Positions 8,216-16,107 of a stretch of DNA of 64,000 bases are shown here, one piece after another (within the stretch, counting starts at the first letter, position 1; each line of letters starts with the position of its first letter). This DNA is from a virus. Where the stretch lies: positions 1-64,000 of IMG/VR virus record IMGVR_UViG_3300025679_000001. One strand, written 5' to 3'. The position numbers were made by a program, and so were the translations under genes. The notes below the pieces were generated by a model. That model saw only the letters and a program-made list of their open reading frames with translations, was not told the DNA's origin and ran no database searches.

Positions 8216-8885
8216 TCACCCAACCTTCGACATGACTGTTCCGTCAACCGGAAAGAAAGTTCAGTTTCGCCCGTTCACCGGGAGGGAGCAGAAGATCCTA
8301 TTGATCGCCAAGGAGTCGGACGACCCGAAGGACGCCTTGAGAGCCGTAGCGCAGATCATCGAGTCGTGCTTCCCCGGAGTGTCCGGGCAGGACGTCCCGA
8401 TCTTCGACCTCGAGTACATGTTCCTCCAGCTTCGCGCCAAGTCGGTCTCCAACAAGATCGAGCTCAGGATCGAGGACGAGGACGACGGCCAGACTTATGA
8501 CGCTACTGCCGACCTCGACGCCGTCGAGATAGTTAAGCCCGAAGGATGGGACGACAACGTCGTCAAGATCACAGACTCTATAGGCATGAAGCTCAAGTAC
8601 CCTACGGTCAGGAGCGTCCTCTCCGGGTCTAAAGACATGGACCAGTGGGACATCCTCGCCTCGTCAGTCGACTCGATCTACGAGGGAGACACTGTGACAT
8701 CGTCGAAAGAAGTAACCGTCCAGGAACTCAGGGACTGGCTCATGAGCCTTCCGCTGGAAGCGATCGACCCAGTCAAGAGCTTCTTCGACAACAGGCCCAA
8801 GGTTAAGATCAACATCTCCTACGTTCGCAAGGACGGAAAAGCGGTGACTCGAGAGGTGTCGAGCATACAAGATTTTTTCGAGTAA
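8196..8885 (+). CDS. baseplate hub subunit gp26-like
   Basis: 229-aa ORF. MPLPKISHPTFDMTVPSTGKKVQFRPFTGREQKILLIAKESDD matches the remembered N-terminal signature of the T4 gp26 / T4_baseplate family. Confidence 0.55.
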   Translation: MPLPKISHPTFDMTVPSTGKKVQFRPFTGREQKILLIAKESDDPKDALRAVAQIIESCFPGVSGQDVPIFDLEYMFLQLRAKSVSNKIELRIEDEDDGQTYDATADLDAVEIVKPEGWDDNVVKITDSIGMKLKYPTVRSVLSGSKDMDQWDILASSVDSIYEGDTVTSSKEVTVQELRDWLMSLPLEAIDPVKSFFDNRPKVKINISYVRKDGKAVTREVSSIQDFFE

Positions 8886-8932
8886 GCCTGCTACACACGT
8901 CCCTAGCGTCATGGTACAGGCTCACGTTCTTG

Positions 8933-9067
8933 ATGAAGCACAAGCACGGTTGGAACATCGACGAACTCGATGATCTGTACCCGTTCGAGCTCGACGTCTA
9001 CGCCGCGCTCTTAGCTAAGTGGCTCGAGATGGAAAAGAAAGCTGCTGAAGAAGCAAGGAACAAGTAA
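8933..9067 (+). CDS. small hypothetical protein (44 aa)
   Basis: Own translation: MKHKHGWNIDELDDLYPFELDVYAALLAKWLEMEKKAAEEARNK. Its TAA overlaps ATG 9067 (TAATG). Below the ORF-track cutoff. The frame is also open upstream (TTG 8930). Confidence 0.35.
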   Translation: MKHKHGWNIDELDDLYPFELDVYAALLAKWLEMEKKAAEEARNK

Positions 9068-10851
9068 TGCTGCCTAGGATAGAAAAGAAGAAGGACCCTG
9101 ACGTCGACGCGAGAGCGCTCGTCGACGCGCTGAGCACGGCGATGGAGCCGGTCGTCAAGGAGATCGGCGACTCGATCAAGACTCTCAGGAAGCAGTCGGA
9201 CCTGACCGCCAAGGAGTTCAACGACAAGGCGCTAACATACGCCGTTCGCAGGATGGAGGAGGCTATTCGCGAACTCGGTAAGAGGAAGCCCGGCGAAGCT
9301 GAGACCTCCGAGCAGCGCGTCATGGACGGCGTCGAGGGGTTCGCTAACAAGCCGAAGACTGAGCAGGTAGATCTTCTCAAGGAGATCCTCAAGAACGACA
9401 CGTTCACTGGGACTATACTCAAGGAGTTGCTCCAGTCGGTAGACGGGCATCTTCACAAGACGCTGGAGGCGCTAGTCGGGGTCACCATCATAGGCAACCA
9501 CGACAGGAAGAAAGCAGAGGACAGGCTCGCCACTTTCGAGAAGGACAAGACTACTAAGAAGAAGGCCAGCGCTGCAGCCCTGAGGGCCAGGGGCGGCAAG
9601 CGCCCGTCGTCAAGGTTCGCTGCTAAAGCTGAGGGCGCCGGCGCTCACCTGCTGGGAAACCTAGCGTTCGACGTCGGACTCGTTGGACTCCTGACTATGC
9701 TCCCGAACACCGTCAAGGACTTCGTCTCCAGGTTCACCAGCGCGTTCACTGTGATTAAGACTCTGCTGAACGACAGCTGGCTCGCCCCGTTGTTCAAGAT
9801 CCTAGACCGCTTACCAATAATCGGCATGATAACCAGAAAGATCCCCTTCCTCAACGCGTTCTTCTTCGCTTGGGACCACCTGATGGACATAGTCGACTCT
9901 TACAACAAGGGGGGAATGTGGGCCGCGGTCGAGACGACACTCAAGGACCTCTACAGCTTCTTCGTCGGCGACCTCGTGAAGTACGCCGGGCAGTTTATGG
10001 ACTACCTGACCAAGAAGATGTTTGGACCAGGTGTAGCAGACAAGATCTCGTTCTCCGGCTTCGCCGAGGGAATCAGTCAACTGTTCAAGGACCTGATAAC
10101 CGACAACGTCAAAGCTCTCAAGGACTTGTTCGCTGGAAACTTCTCAGGCTTCGCCGGTGACGTCGGCTCGATGTTCAAGGACTTGATACAGAACACCGTC
10201 GACAATTTCAAGAGACTGTTCAAGATGGACCCTAACTTCGACCTCTCCAAGTTCTCCGCAGAGGTCTGGGACTTCGTAAAGACCAAGTTTAGCAACGTCG
10301 TCACCAGTCTCGTCGGAGCTATAGAGATAGTTCCAGACGTCGTCGCTGACCTCAAGAAGTCCGTCGTGGACAAGTTCACTAGTTGGAAGGACGCGGCCTC
10401 CGGGTTCGTCACGTCCTACCTTGAGACGTGGAAGATGATGTGGGACGACGCTATCAAGTCGCTGGCCGACTCTGCCGAGAACACCAAGATCTGGTTCCAG
10501 AACACGTACAACTCGATCCTAGACTCTATCTGGAACAGCATCGTCGACACGATCAAGTCGATCCCAGGGTTGTCGAGGCTCACTGACATGACGAGTTTCG
10601 AGAGGCACTCCGCGACAGTCCCGTACGTCGGTCAGAACAAGACGCAGAAGCAGGAGGCTGGTATAGTCCAGCAGACGATGGCGCTTCAGGCTACTACCGC
10701 TAGCGGGCCTCACTCTAGGTCGCCGACTATCTTTCAGACGCAAAACAAGAACTCGAGCTCAGTCACCAACTACGTCTCGCCGAGCATTAAGCCCGCTGGA
10801 AGCTCCAGCCCCCTGAAAGTCGGACAGACGTTCGCGGGCCGAACCTACTGA
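9067..10851 (+). CDS. tail length tape-measure / baseplate hub protein (gp29-like)
   Basis: 594-aa ORF downstream of the gp26-like gene. Long helical, repetitive F..D..K segments. Size equals T4 gp29 (about 590 aa). Confidence 0.5.
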   Translation: MLPRIEKKKDPDVDARALVDALSTAMEPVVKEIGDSIKTLRKQSDLTAKEFNDKALTYAVRRMEEAIRELGKRKPGEAETSEQRVMDGVEGFANKPKTEQVDLLKEILKNDTFTGTILKELLQSVDGHLHKTLEALVGVTIIGNHDRKKAEDRLATFEKDKTTKKKASAAALRARGGKRPSSRFAAKAEGAGAHLLGNLAFDVGLVGLLTMLPNTVKDFVSRFTSAFTVIKTLLNDSWLAPLFKILDRLPIIGMITRKIPFLNAFFFAWDHLMDIVDSYNKGGMWAAVETTLKDLYSFFVGDLVKYAGQFMDYLTKKMFGPGVADKISFSGFAEGISQLFKDLITDNVKALKDLFAGNFSGFAGDVGSMFKDLIQNTVDNFKRLFKMDPNFDLSKFSAEVWDFVKTKFSNVVTSLVGAIEIVPDVVADLKKSVVDKFTSWKDAASGFVTSYLETWKMMWDDAIKSLADSAENTKIWFQNTYNSILDSIWNSIVDTIKSIPGLSRLTDMTSFERHSATVPYVGQNKTQKQEAGIVQQTMALQATTASGPHSRSPTIFQTQNKNSSSVTNYVSPSIKPAGSSSPLKVGQTFAGRTY

Positions 10852-11027
10852 GCGTTGCCAGTCGGAGTGCGTCGACCCTTGAAGTCGGCGTGGCTTAAAA
10901 TTTCTTCTACCAGGTCGCGACACTCGTTCTTAGACCGTGTCAAGTCCTTCTCTAACCGGCTTCTTTCTTCTACGCTTATGCGAAGGACGAAGTAGAGGTG
11001 CGCTAGAGACTTTTCGCCACTTTTCAT
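10845..11027 (-). CDS. hypothetical protein
   Basis: 60-aa ORF, ATGA-coupled to the small ORF upstream. Convergent with the tape-measure gene. Confidence 0.35.
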   Translation of the reverse strand: MKSGEKSLAHLYFVLRISVEERSRLEKDLTRSKNECRDLVEEILSHADFKGRRTPTGNAQ

Positions 11028-11197
11028 CGAGAAGCTTCCCGAATTGCGGCTATGGCCTCATCCCTGAACTGCTCTGTCATGGAACAGTCTTCTTTAACTT
11101 TAGCATTACAGTGGACGCACGAACCAGTGGCTGGGTCCTTGCTAGACGCAGTCCAGCAGATGGCTCTAGCTACTCGGTCGACCTTCTTCTCGTTCAC
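11024..11197 (-). CDS. small hypothetical protein (57 aa)
   Basis: Own translation from GTG 11197: VNEKKVDRVARAICWTASSKDPATGSCVHCNAKVKEDCSMTEQFRDEAIAAIREASR. GTGA-coupled to the HAD gene. Below the track cutoff. Confidence 0.35.
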   Translation of the reverse strand: MNEKKVDRVARAICWTASSKDPATGSCVHCNAKVKEDCSMTEQFRDEAIAAIREASR

Positions 11198-11952
11198 CTC
11201 TTAGGCTCAGAGTCGTCCTTCTTCGTAGCCTCGTTGATCGCCTTCCTGGCGACCTCGGCCGCGTCGGTGACGGCTCCTGTTGTAGTTTTCCAGGCGCTCG
11301 CGGCGTGGTCTTGGACAGACTTGATGGTGTCCTTGTTGTCCTCGATGCTCTTGTCCACGAACTCGGCGCCCGTCTTAACGGCGTCGCCGACTGCGTCTGT
11401 GGCAGACTTGACTGCTTCGGTGGCGGTCTTCACCATGTCACTGAGTTTCATTTTTTTCTCTCCTAAGATTGATACTGCTCGTTCTACGGCCTCGTTAGTG
11501 AGGCCGAATCTTTCATCGGTCTTGACGAAGTTGGGCTTCTGGTATGGAAGCATCCACTCGTTGTCGTCCAGGATCACGTACTTATCAACTTCCGGGTGGC
11601 GTGTCAACCACTCAGCGATCTCTTCACCTCTAGGAACCGCAATCATCAATCCAGAACGGGCAGACGTCATGTCCTCAGTCCTCCAGTCGTCGTGAAAGGA
11701 CCAGTGTATGTCCTGACGACAGAACTCCATGTGATGGTCGTTCGTGTGTGGGTTGAACTCGCCATCGTCGGCGTGCTTCGAGTAGTCGATCCTCCAGGTA
11801 GAGCTCACGACGACCTTAGCGCCAGTACGCTCGACTAGTCGATGAAGGTTGTCACAGAGCCCCTTGTTCATGACGACGGTTCCTCTTCCAGGAACGAAGT
11901 CGATCGTCCTGTTGAGCACGCCGTCGACGTCTAGGAATATGATCTTAGTCAT
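11194..11952 (-). CDS. HAD-superfamily phosphatase-like protein fused in frame to a helical repeat tail
   Basis: 252-aa ORF. N-terminus KIIFLDVDGVLN...VVVSSTWR...ILDD is the HAD motif set (RNA-repair-associated HAD type). The C-terminal 85 aa (KTATEAVKSATDAVGDAVKTGAEF..) start at an internal GGAGAG-A6-ATG at 11451. Confidence 0.6.
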   Translation of the reverse strand: MTKIIFLDVDGVLNRTIDFVPGRGTVVMNKGLCDNLHRLVERTGAKVVVSSTWRIDYSKHADDGEFNPHTNDHHMEFCRQDIHWSFHDDWRTEDMTSARSGLMIAVPRGEEIAEWLTRHPEVDKYVILDDNEWMLPYQKPNFVKTDERFGLTNEAVERAVSILGEKKMKLSDMVKTATEAVKSATDAVGDAVKTGAEFVDKSIEDNKDTIKSVQDHAASAWKTTTGAVTDAAEVARKAINEATKKDDSEPKR

Positions 11953-12131
11953 TCATCGATCGCGCCCGTCTTTTTCATTTCTTCAAACATTCGCTTGCCA
12001 TGTTCTACCAGCACGTTAAACACTGTAGAGTCGAGAGCGACGATCTTGTTCCTGTGATCGTTGACGGCCAGCCAGAGCTGCCAGCCGTCGTGACTAAGGT
12101 ACACTCCGTCCCCCAAGTACACGTCATTCAT
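11949..12131 (-). CDS. hypothetical protein
   Basis: Track ORF trimmed to ATG 12131 (MNDVYLGDGVYLSHDGWQLWL), ATGA-coupled. 60 aa. Confidence 0.45.
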   Translation of the reverse strand: MNDVYLGDGVYLSHDGWQLWLAVNDHRNKIVALDSTVFNVLVEHGKRMFEEMKKTGAIDE

Positions 12132-12604
12132 ATCAGTCTTCCTTGAGTAGTGTCCACGAACTCCATGATCTTCACGCACTCGGGACCGATACCGCGCTGG
12201 ATGGAGACCGGGTCGGTCAGCGGCCGGCCGCAGCGACCGCAACAGCCTTCGTGCCATACTTCGGTCTGGGGAGGCATCTTCGCTACTCCATCGCGGTTGT
12301 GCCCGTTCAGGTGTCCCCATAAGAAGTTGAAAGCTATCCATGACTTTGCCGTAGCTGGGATCTTCGACTTCGTAGTCTGCGACAGGTGATCGCCCTTGAT
12401 CATTCCAGCGTACGTGTAGCCGTGCTCGGCTTGAGCGTCGGAGAATACTGACACGAAGAACACGTTGCCGTCTCTGGCTTTCTTGATCTTGTAGGTGATG
12501 CGGTCGGCAGTCTTGAGGGAGACGACAGTGAGCTTCGCTTTACCAGCCAGCATGAACTTTTTGGCCTGGATGTGGTCACTGATTACGTGGTGGTGCTTAG
12601 TCAT
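12128..12604 (-). CDS. hypothetical protein with C-terminal CxxC...GIGPEC zinc-ribbon-like motif (DUF6011-like)
   Basis: ATG 12604 is preceded by GGAGGA. C-terminus is CCGRCGRPLTDPVSIQRGIGPEC. Confidence 0.5.
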   Translation of the reverse strand: MTKHHHVISDHIQAKKFMLAGKAKLTVVSLKTADRITYKIKKARDGNVFFVSVFSDAQAEHGYTYAGMIKGDHLSQTTKSKIPATAKSWIAFNFLWGHLNGHNRDGVAKMPPQTEVWHEGCCGRCGRPLTDPVSIQRGIGPECVKIMEFVDTTQGRLI

Positions 12605-12632
12605 GATTCTAATTCCTCCAAATGATAGTGTA

Positions 12633-12661
12633 GATCTACCACAACTGGAGGTTAATGTCAA
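12633..12661 (-). promoter_or_regulatory. sigma70-type promoter TTGACA-N17-TAGATC
   Basis: TTGACA at 12661..12656, immediately after the terminator. 17-nt spacer, TAGATC. About 30 nt upstream of ATG 12604. Confidence 0.45.
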
Positions 12662-12665
12662 ACAG

Positions 12666-12729
12666 AAAAAATAGAGGGATCACGGGCTTCCTGTGCTAGT
12701 CGCGAATAGCGCAAGACTTACCCGTGATC
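12666..12729 (-). terminator. putative intrinsic terminator after gp32
   Basis: 9-bp stem 12678..12686/12721..12729 encloses a structured 34-nt insert. On the minus strand it is followed by CCUCUAUUUUUU. Confidence 0.45.
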
Positions 12730-12790
12730 GTTCGGCGTCGTTCAATCTCCCCGATATTTTTACAGCCTTAACCCTCGGGGTTAGCGGGGT

Positions 12791-13768
12791 TTAGGAACGG
12801 TTGTTCTTCATCCTCTTGAAGAAGTCGATCTCCTCGGAGTCGAGGTTCGAGTCGCTCGCTGGGACCTCATCGCTGGGAGCCGGTTCGGACTCTACTTCGC
12901 GATGACGGGTTTCACGTTCCGTCGAGTTGTCGTCTCGGCCTGAGTCTTGACTGACCATAGGTCTGGACGGAGAGCCGGTCACAGTCAGCCCGAGCGCGCG
13001 GTTCAAACGCTTCTTCAAGTCGTCGTAACTCTTGAACTGCTCAGGAGCGATGAGCGGGAGTAGAGGGTATTGTTGGTGCCACACCTTCTCGATCATAGCG
13101 TCGTCTCCGAGCGGGCTCGGGGGTTCAAACTCAGAGCGGGAATAGTCCGGCCAGCCGCCGTCGCCAGCTTTGATCTGGAGGACGAAGTTTGCGCCGTTCC
13201 AGAAGTCTGAGACTTCTACTTTCTTCTGGATCGGGATTGTCGGGAACATCTTGTCATTGATCTTCTCGAAGATCTTCTTTCCGTACTTGTAGAGGAAGAC
13301 TTTTCCGTTGTTCTCAGGGTGTGCTGGATCGTCGATAACCAGGATGTTGCTGATGAACTCAGTCTTGCGCTTCTGTTTCCTCGCCTGCTCCTTCAGCTCG
13401 TCTGAGCCGGCGTTCCACAGTGTGGAGTTGTACTCGCCGCACGGGTCAGTCTCTCCTGGGAGTGTCGTGCGCGAGTTCTCAATGTACCAACCACCCTTTC
13501 CCTGAAAGGCGTGCTTGTACATCTTAACGTAGTTGGTGTCCTCAGTGCTCTTGCCGTCCGCCGCGATAGCTGCTGGTAGGAAGCGGATGATAGCGTAACC
13601 GTTTCCTGCCTTGTCTCGCGTGTCAAGCGCGTTCCAGAATCGCTCGTCAGCGGCTTTTGAACCGCCTGACATCTCTTCTTTGAACTTTGCTCTGAGTTTT
13701 TCTGAAAGGTTTGCCGAGTTAGCTTTGAAGTCGGCTAGTGATGGTCGTGTAGAACTGTTCATGTCCAT
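12791..13768 (-). CDS. gp32: single-stranded DNA-binding protein gp32-like
   Basis: 325-aa ORF. DKAGNGYAIIRFLPA, ISNILVIDDPAHPENNGKVFLYKYGKKIFEKINDKM and FWNGANFVLQIK align with T4 gp32. Acidic Ser/Asp-rich C-terminus. gp59 lies upstream as in T4. Confidence 0.85.
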   Translation of the reverse strand: MDMNSSTRPSLADFKANSANLSEKLRAKFKEEMSGGSKAADERFWNALDTRDKAGNGYAIIRFLPAAIAADGKSTEDTNYVKMYKHAFQGKGGWYIENSRTTLPGETDPCGEYNSTLWNAGSDELKEQARKQKRKTEFISNILVIDDPAHPENNGKVFLYKYGKKIFEKINDKMFPTIPIQKKVEVSDFWNGANFVLQIKAGDGGWPDYSRSEFEPPSPLGDDAMIEKVWHQQYPLLPLIAPEQFKSYDDLKKRLNRALGLTVTGSPSRPMVSQDSGRDDNSTERETRHREVESEPAPSDEVPASDSNLDSEEIDFFKRMKNNRS

Positions 13769-13855
13769 GAACTCCTTTGTGCTATGTTGAGGGCAACGAC
13801 GGCTCGATGGCCAACGCCCGGTAGTGCTAGAGTTGTCTCCTTTAGGGTGACTTTC

Positions 13856-13863
13856 TATTTATA
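13856..13863 (-). promoter_or_regulatory. T4-type late promoter box TATAAATA
   Basis: Exact TATAAATA on the coding strand in the gp59-gp32 spacer, about 88 nt upstream of the gp32 ATG. Confidence 0.45.
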
Positions 13864-13901
13864 TTACGCCGCGCAGCAGATTGAAACTGCGCGAACAGAA
13901 A

Positions 13902-14486
13902 TTAGGCGTAGACTTCGCGTAATATCTTGATCATCGTCGTCGAGTTGATCTTGCTCGAGATGAAGGGCGAGTACTTCTGGACGCGCCTGATGACGAGCGC
14001 TACGGCTGGGTCAGCCCGGTGAAGGCCCTGCAGATTCATCCAGTCTCGGGTGAATCCCATCTTAGAGTCGAGTAGCGCCACCGTTTCTAGTGAGATGTTG
14101 CCGGAGCGAAGGGCGGTGAGGAGAGCCGGTTGATCGCCCTGCAGGTTATCGACGAACCCCTCTCCTGGGAGCTTCTTAAGGTCCTTCTTGAACTCGTACG
14201 AGAAGGCCTCGATGAACCTGACGGTCTCAGTGTAGTTATCCTTGGCTGCGTCTCCCTGAAGAAGATCACCGATCCACGCCCCGTGGTCGCGGGCTATGCT
14301 CGACGCTAGGAACATCGTCGGGTCGTCCATCTTGGCTAGCTTTTCGAACCTAAAGCGATCCCTACGATTCTCGAAGCTCGGCTGGTGGGCGGCAACCTTT
14401 CCGGAGTACTTGAAGTAGTCGTAGCCGTCGCGGGTGAAGTGCGTCTTGACCGCTAAGTACGTCTTGAAGGCGTCGAACGGGGTCAC
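13902..14486 (-). CDS. gp59: helicase loader gp59-like
   Basis: 194-aa ORF with a GTG start. FENRRDRFRFEKLAK..GAWIGDLL...GNISLETVALLDS parallels T4 gp59 (QKRRDKYFFQKLS..DAWIGDIS...NIISFETFILLDS). The 33-59-32 gene order is conserved. Confidence 0.8.
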   Translation of the reverse strand: MTPFDAFKTYLAVKTHFTRDGYDYFKYSGKVAAHQPSFENRRDRFRFEKLAKMDDPTMFLASSIARDHGAWIGDLLQGDAAKDNYTETVRFIEAFSYEFKKDLKKLPGEGFVDNLQGDQPALLTALRSGNISLETVALLDSKMGFTRDWMNLQGLHRADPAVALVIRRVQKYSPFISSKINSTTMIKILREVYA

Positions 14487-14611
14487 TGAGTAAAGTGAAC
14501 CGCGTAGTCGTAGAGGGGTTTCAGTGTAACGCCGAGGTCTACACCCTTGGACAGCGCGTAGTAGTATACTCCAAAGCCGGCCAGCGCGACGATGAGGACG
14601 TTCTTAATCAT
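14483..14611 (-). CDS. small membrane peptide (42 aa)
   Basis: Own translation: MIKNVLIVALAGFGVYYYALSKGVDLGVTLKPLYDYAVHFTQ. A GAAAGG RBS precedes it, and its TGA overlaps the gp59 GTG (GTGA). Confidence 0.4.
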   Translation of the reverse strand: MIKNVLIVALAGFGVYYYALSKGVDLGVTLKPLYDYAVHFTQ

Positions 14612-14625
14612 GATGTACCTTTCTT

Positions 14626-14853
14626 CTATGCAAACTTTAGTTTGTTAGGAGAAGGGCGGACGAGCTTTAGCACCTCGGCCTCCTCCTGAATCTTAACCTT
14701 GAGGACTGAGCTCTGCTTGACGAAAGAGGCCACCGTCTCCATCTCGACGTTGGCCTCGGCTTGGTAGAGTTGAACCGCTTCCATGTAGGTGCAGCTCTTC
14801 TGCAGGACTATGGACTCGATGATGAAGTGAAAGTCTTTAGCGTCTATGATCAA
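14626..14853 (-). CDS. gp33: late-promoter transcription accessory protein gp33-like
   Basis: 75-aa ORF with a TTG start behind AAAGGA. HFIIESIVLQKSCTYMEAVQLYQAEANVEMETVASFVKQSSVLKVKIQEEAEVLKLVRPS aligns with T4 gp33 (GFIIEKMVEEFGMSYLEATTAFLEENSIPETQFAKFIPSGIIEKIQSEAIDENLLRPS). Confidence 0.7.
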   Translation of the reverse strand: MIIDAKDFHFIIESIVLQKSCTYMEAVQLYQAEANVEMETVASFVKQSSVLKVKIQEEAEVLKLVRPSPNKLKFA

Positions 14854-14869
14854 GCGCAGTCCTTTTGTT

Positions 14870-15253
14870 GAATTAGTGTCCGGCCTTCTGTTGCAAGGTC
14901 GCCGGACTAACCCCGAGAACTTAGGCCGCGAGGGCCGCGTTGCTCATGTCAACGTTGTCGTTGGCAATTATGGTTTTGATCAATTACGGAATCACCCGAC
15001 TAGTCTCCGAAACCTCTCTCTGCGCCAGTCGATCCTGTTTCGGGCCCATCAGAGATACACCGAGCTTTCGGGCAATTAACCCCTAAAGTTTCCACCAACC
15101 TCTTTCGCCCTCCCGTGCACAGGTGGAACGACCCAGTCAGCCTATCGGTAAGACCGATCCAAGCGTTTGCTCGGTCGGGTGTATCTTTGGTGGACCCGCC
15201 GAGGTACTGCCCCTCGGGTCCTGTACGCGATCGTTGTAACATCAACGACCAGT
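14870..15253 (-). ncRNA. large structured non-coding RNA / 5' leader of the gp33-gp59-gp32 operon (class unknown)
   Basis: About 385 nt between the promoter at 15260..15288 and the gp33 RBS. 13-bp long-range helix 15169..15186/15053..15065. Helix 15037..15043/15007..15013, with its loop (15027..15035) pairing to 14988..15001 (pseudoknot). Several local hairpins. Confidence 0.5.
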
Positions 15254-15259
15254 AATCCG

Positions 15260-15288
15260 TATTTATTACAGCGTGACTAGGCTGTCAA
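15260..15288 (-). promoter_or_regulatory. promoter TTGACA-N17-TAAATA (also contains the late-like AATAAATA)
   Basis: TTGACA (15288..15283) overlaps the TGA of the upstream gene. 17-nt spacer, TAAATA. The same stretch reads AATAAATA. Confidence 0.5.
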
Positions 15289-15821
15289 CCGTCGGTGCTC
15301 TTTTTTTCAGGCTCCGGCGCAACTTCTTTCTTCTGTTTCTTCACCGGCGGGGCTTCGTTGGTGACTCTGCTCGCCTCGATCTTAGCGAGGAAGGCGGCAG
15401 CTTCGTTGACCTTCGCGAGGATGGCCCTGGCTTCTTTCTCGTTGAGGAGCGTCCCGTCAGCGAACGCTGAGACCAGGCGTGTGTTGACCTCCTTCTCGTC
15501 GTAGAGGCCGATGATGTTCTTGTACTCGATCCTGATCCTGTCGCCGTTCAGCATCCCGTGCTCGTCAGTGAAGACGAGGTCGTTGGCGATGATGCAGGTC
15601 ATCGACCCGTCCGCGTCCTTCTCTTTGACGATGACCCACGGGCGCTCGGTCTTGTGCCTGGTCGTAGTGATCCCGATCTTGACGTAGTCACCCTCTACCA
15701 CTTTTTTGCGGTCCTCGAGTGAAGGCTGAGACCACGTCTCGGGATGGTCCTTAGCCATCTGGTCGCCGTCGATGAGCCCGTAAGCGTTAGTGAGTCCTCT
15801 TGAGTTTACTTTACTGACCAT
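15285..15821 (-). CDS. hypothetical protein
   Basis: 178-aa ORF with a Lys/Glu/Pro-rich C-terminal tail. No motif recognised. Confidence 0.5.
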   Translation of the reverse strand: MVSKVNSRGLTNAYGLIDGDQMAKDHPETWSQPSLEDRKKVVEGDYVKIGITTTRHKTERPWVIVKEKDADGSMTCIIANDLVFTDEHGMLNGDRIRIEYKNIIGLYDEKEVNTRLVSAFADGTLLNEKEARAILAKVNEAAAFLAKIEASRVTNEAPPVKKQKKEVAPEPEKKSTDG

Positions 15822-15822
15822 C

Positions 15823-16095
15823 TTACTTAGCCTCCACTGGAACTGCGCTGTCGACGCGGTCAGCGAAGAACGTTCGCCAATCGTTCTTCTTGATGTCGAA
15901 CGCGACGATCATGTCTGAGTTGCTGTGCCCGTCAAGGACTAACGCAGCGGCTAACGAAGCGTGGAAGTTCTTCGGGATGTTGGCCTCGCGGAGGGTGAAC
16001 TTACCCTTACGCGCCTTGCCGCTCAGCTTAGTGAAGGAGACCTTCACCGGACCGGCTCTCAGCGCGGTCCTCAGTTCTTCTGGTGTATACTTCAT
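15823..16095 (-). CDS. hypothetical protein
   Basis: 90-aa ORF, tightly packed in the operon. Confidence 0.5.
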   Translation of the reverse strand: MKYTPEELRTALRAGPVKVSFTKLSGKARKGKFTLREANIPKNFHASLAAALVLDGHSNSDMIVAFDIKKNDWRTFFADRVDSAVPVEAK

Positions 16096-16107
16096 TCTTC
16101 TACTCCT

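Noticed and set aside
14947-14952. Additional TTGACA hexamers, for example 14947 inside the structured RNA, 23705 and 63768, and those in the family-A coding sequence (19501, 19901).
   Set aside because: The 17-nt-downstream hexamer is GC-rich or not TA-initiated, or the site is too close to or inside a coding sequence (KFDMS codons). They are counted as chance occurrences.
15000-15245. 81-aa minus-strand ORF inside the structured region 14870..15253.
   Set aside because: It has no Shine-Dalgarno sequence and starts about 10 nt from the predicted TSS. It is rich in GGG/CGA/TTA codons that the conserved genes avoid, and its sequence is Gly/Arg/Thr-rich without motifs. The region shows long-range base pairing instead. 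It is kept open as the main alternative in the corresponding finding.
14854-15288. Group I intron, cobalamin-riboswitch or TPP-riboswitch interpretation of the structured RNA.
   Set aside because: The flanking ORFs are complete, so there are no split exons. I could not find a B12 box (..AGYCMGgAgaCCkGCc..) or the TPP CUGAGA/ACCUGAUCUGGAUAAUGCC core, only loose resemblances. It cannot be settled without covariance models.
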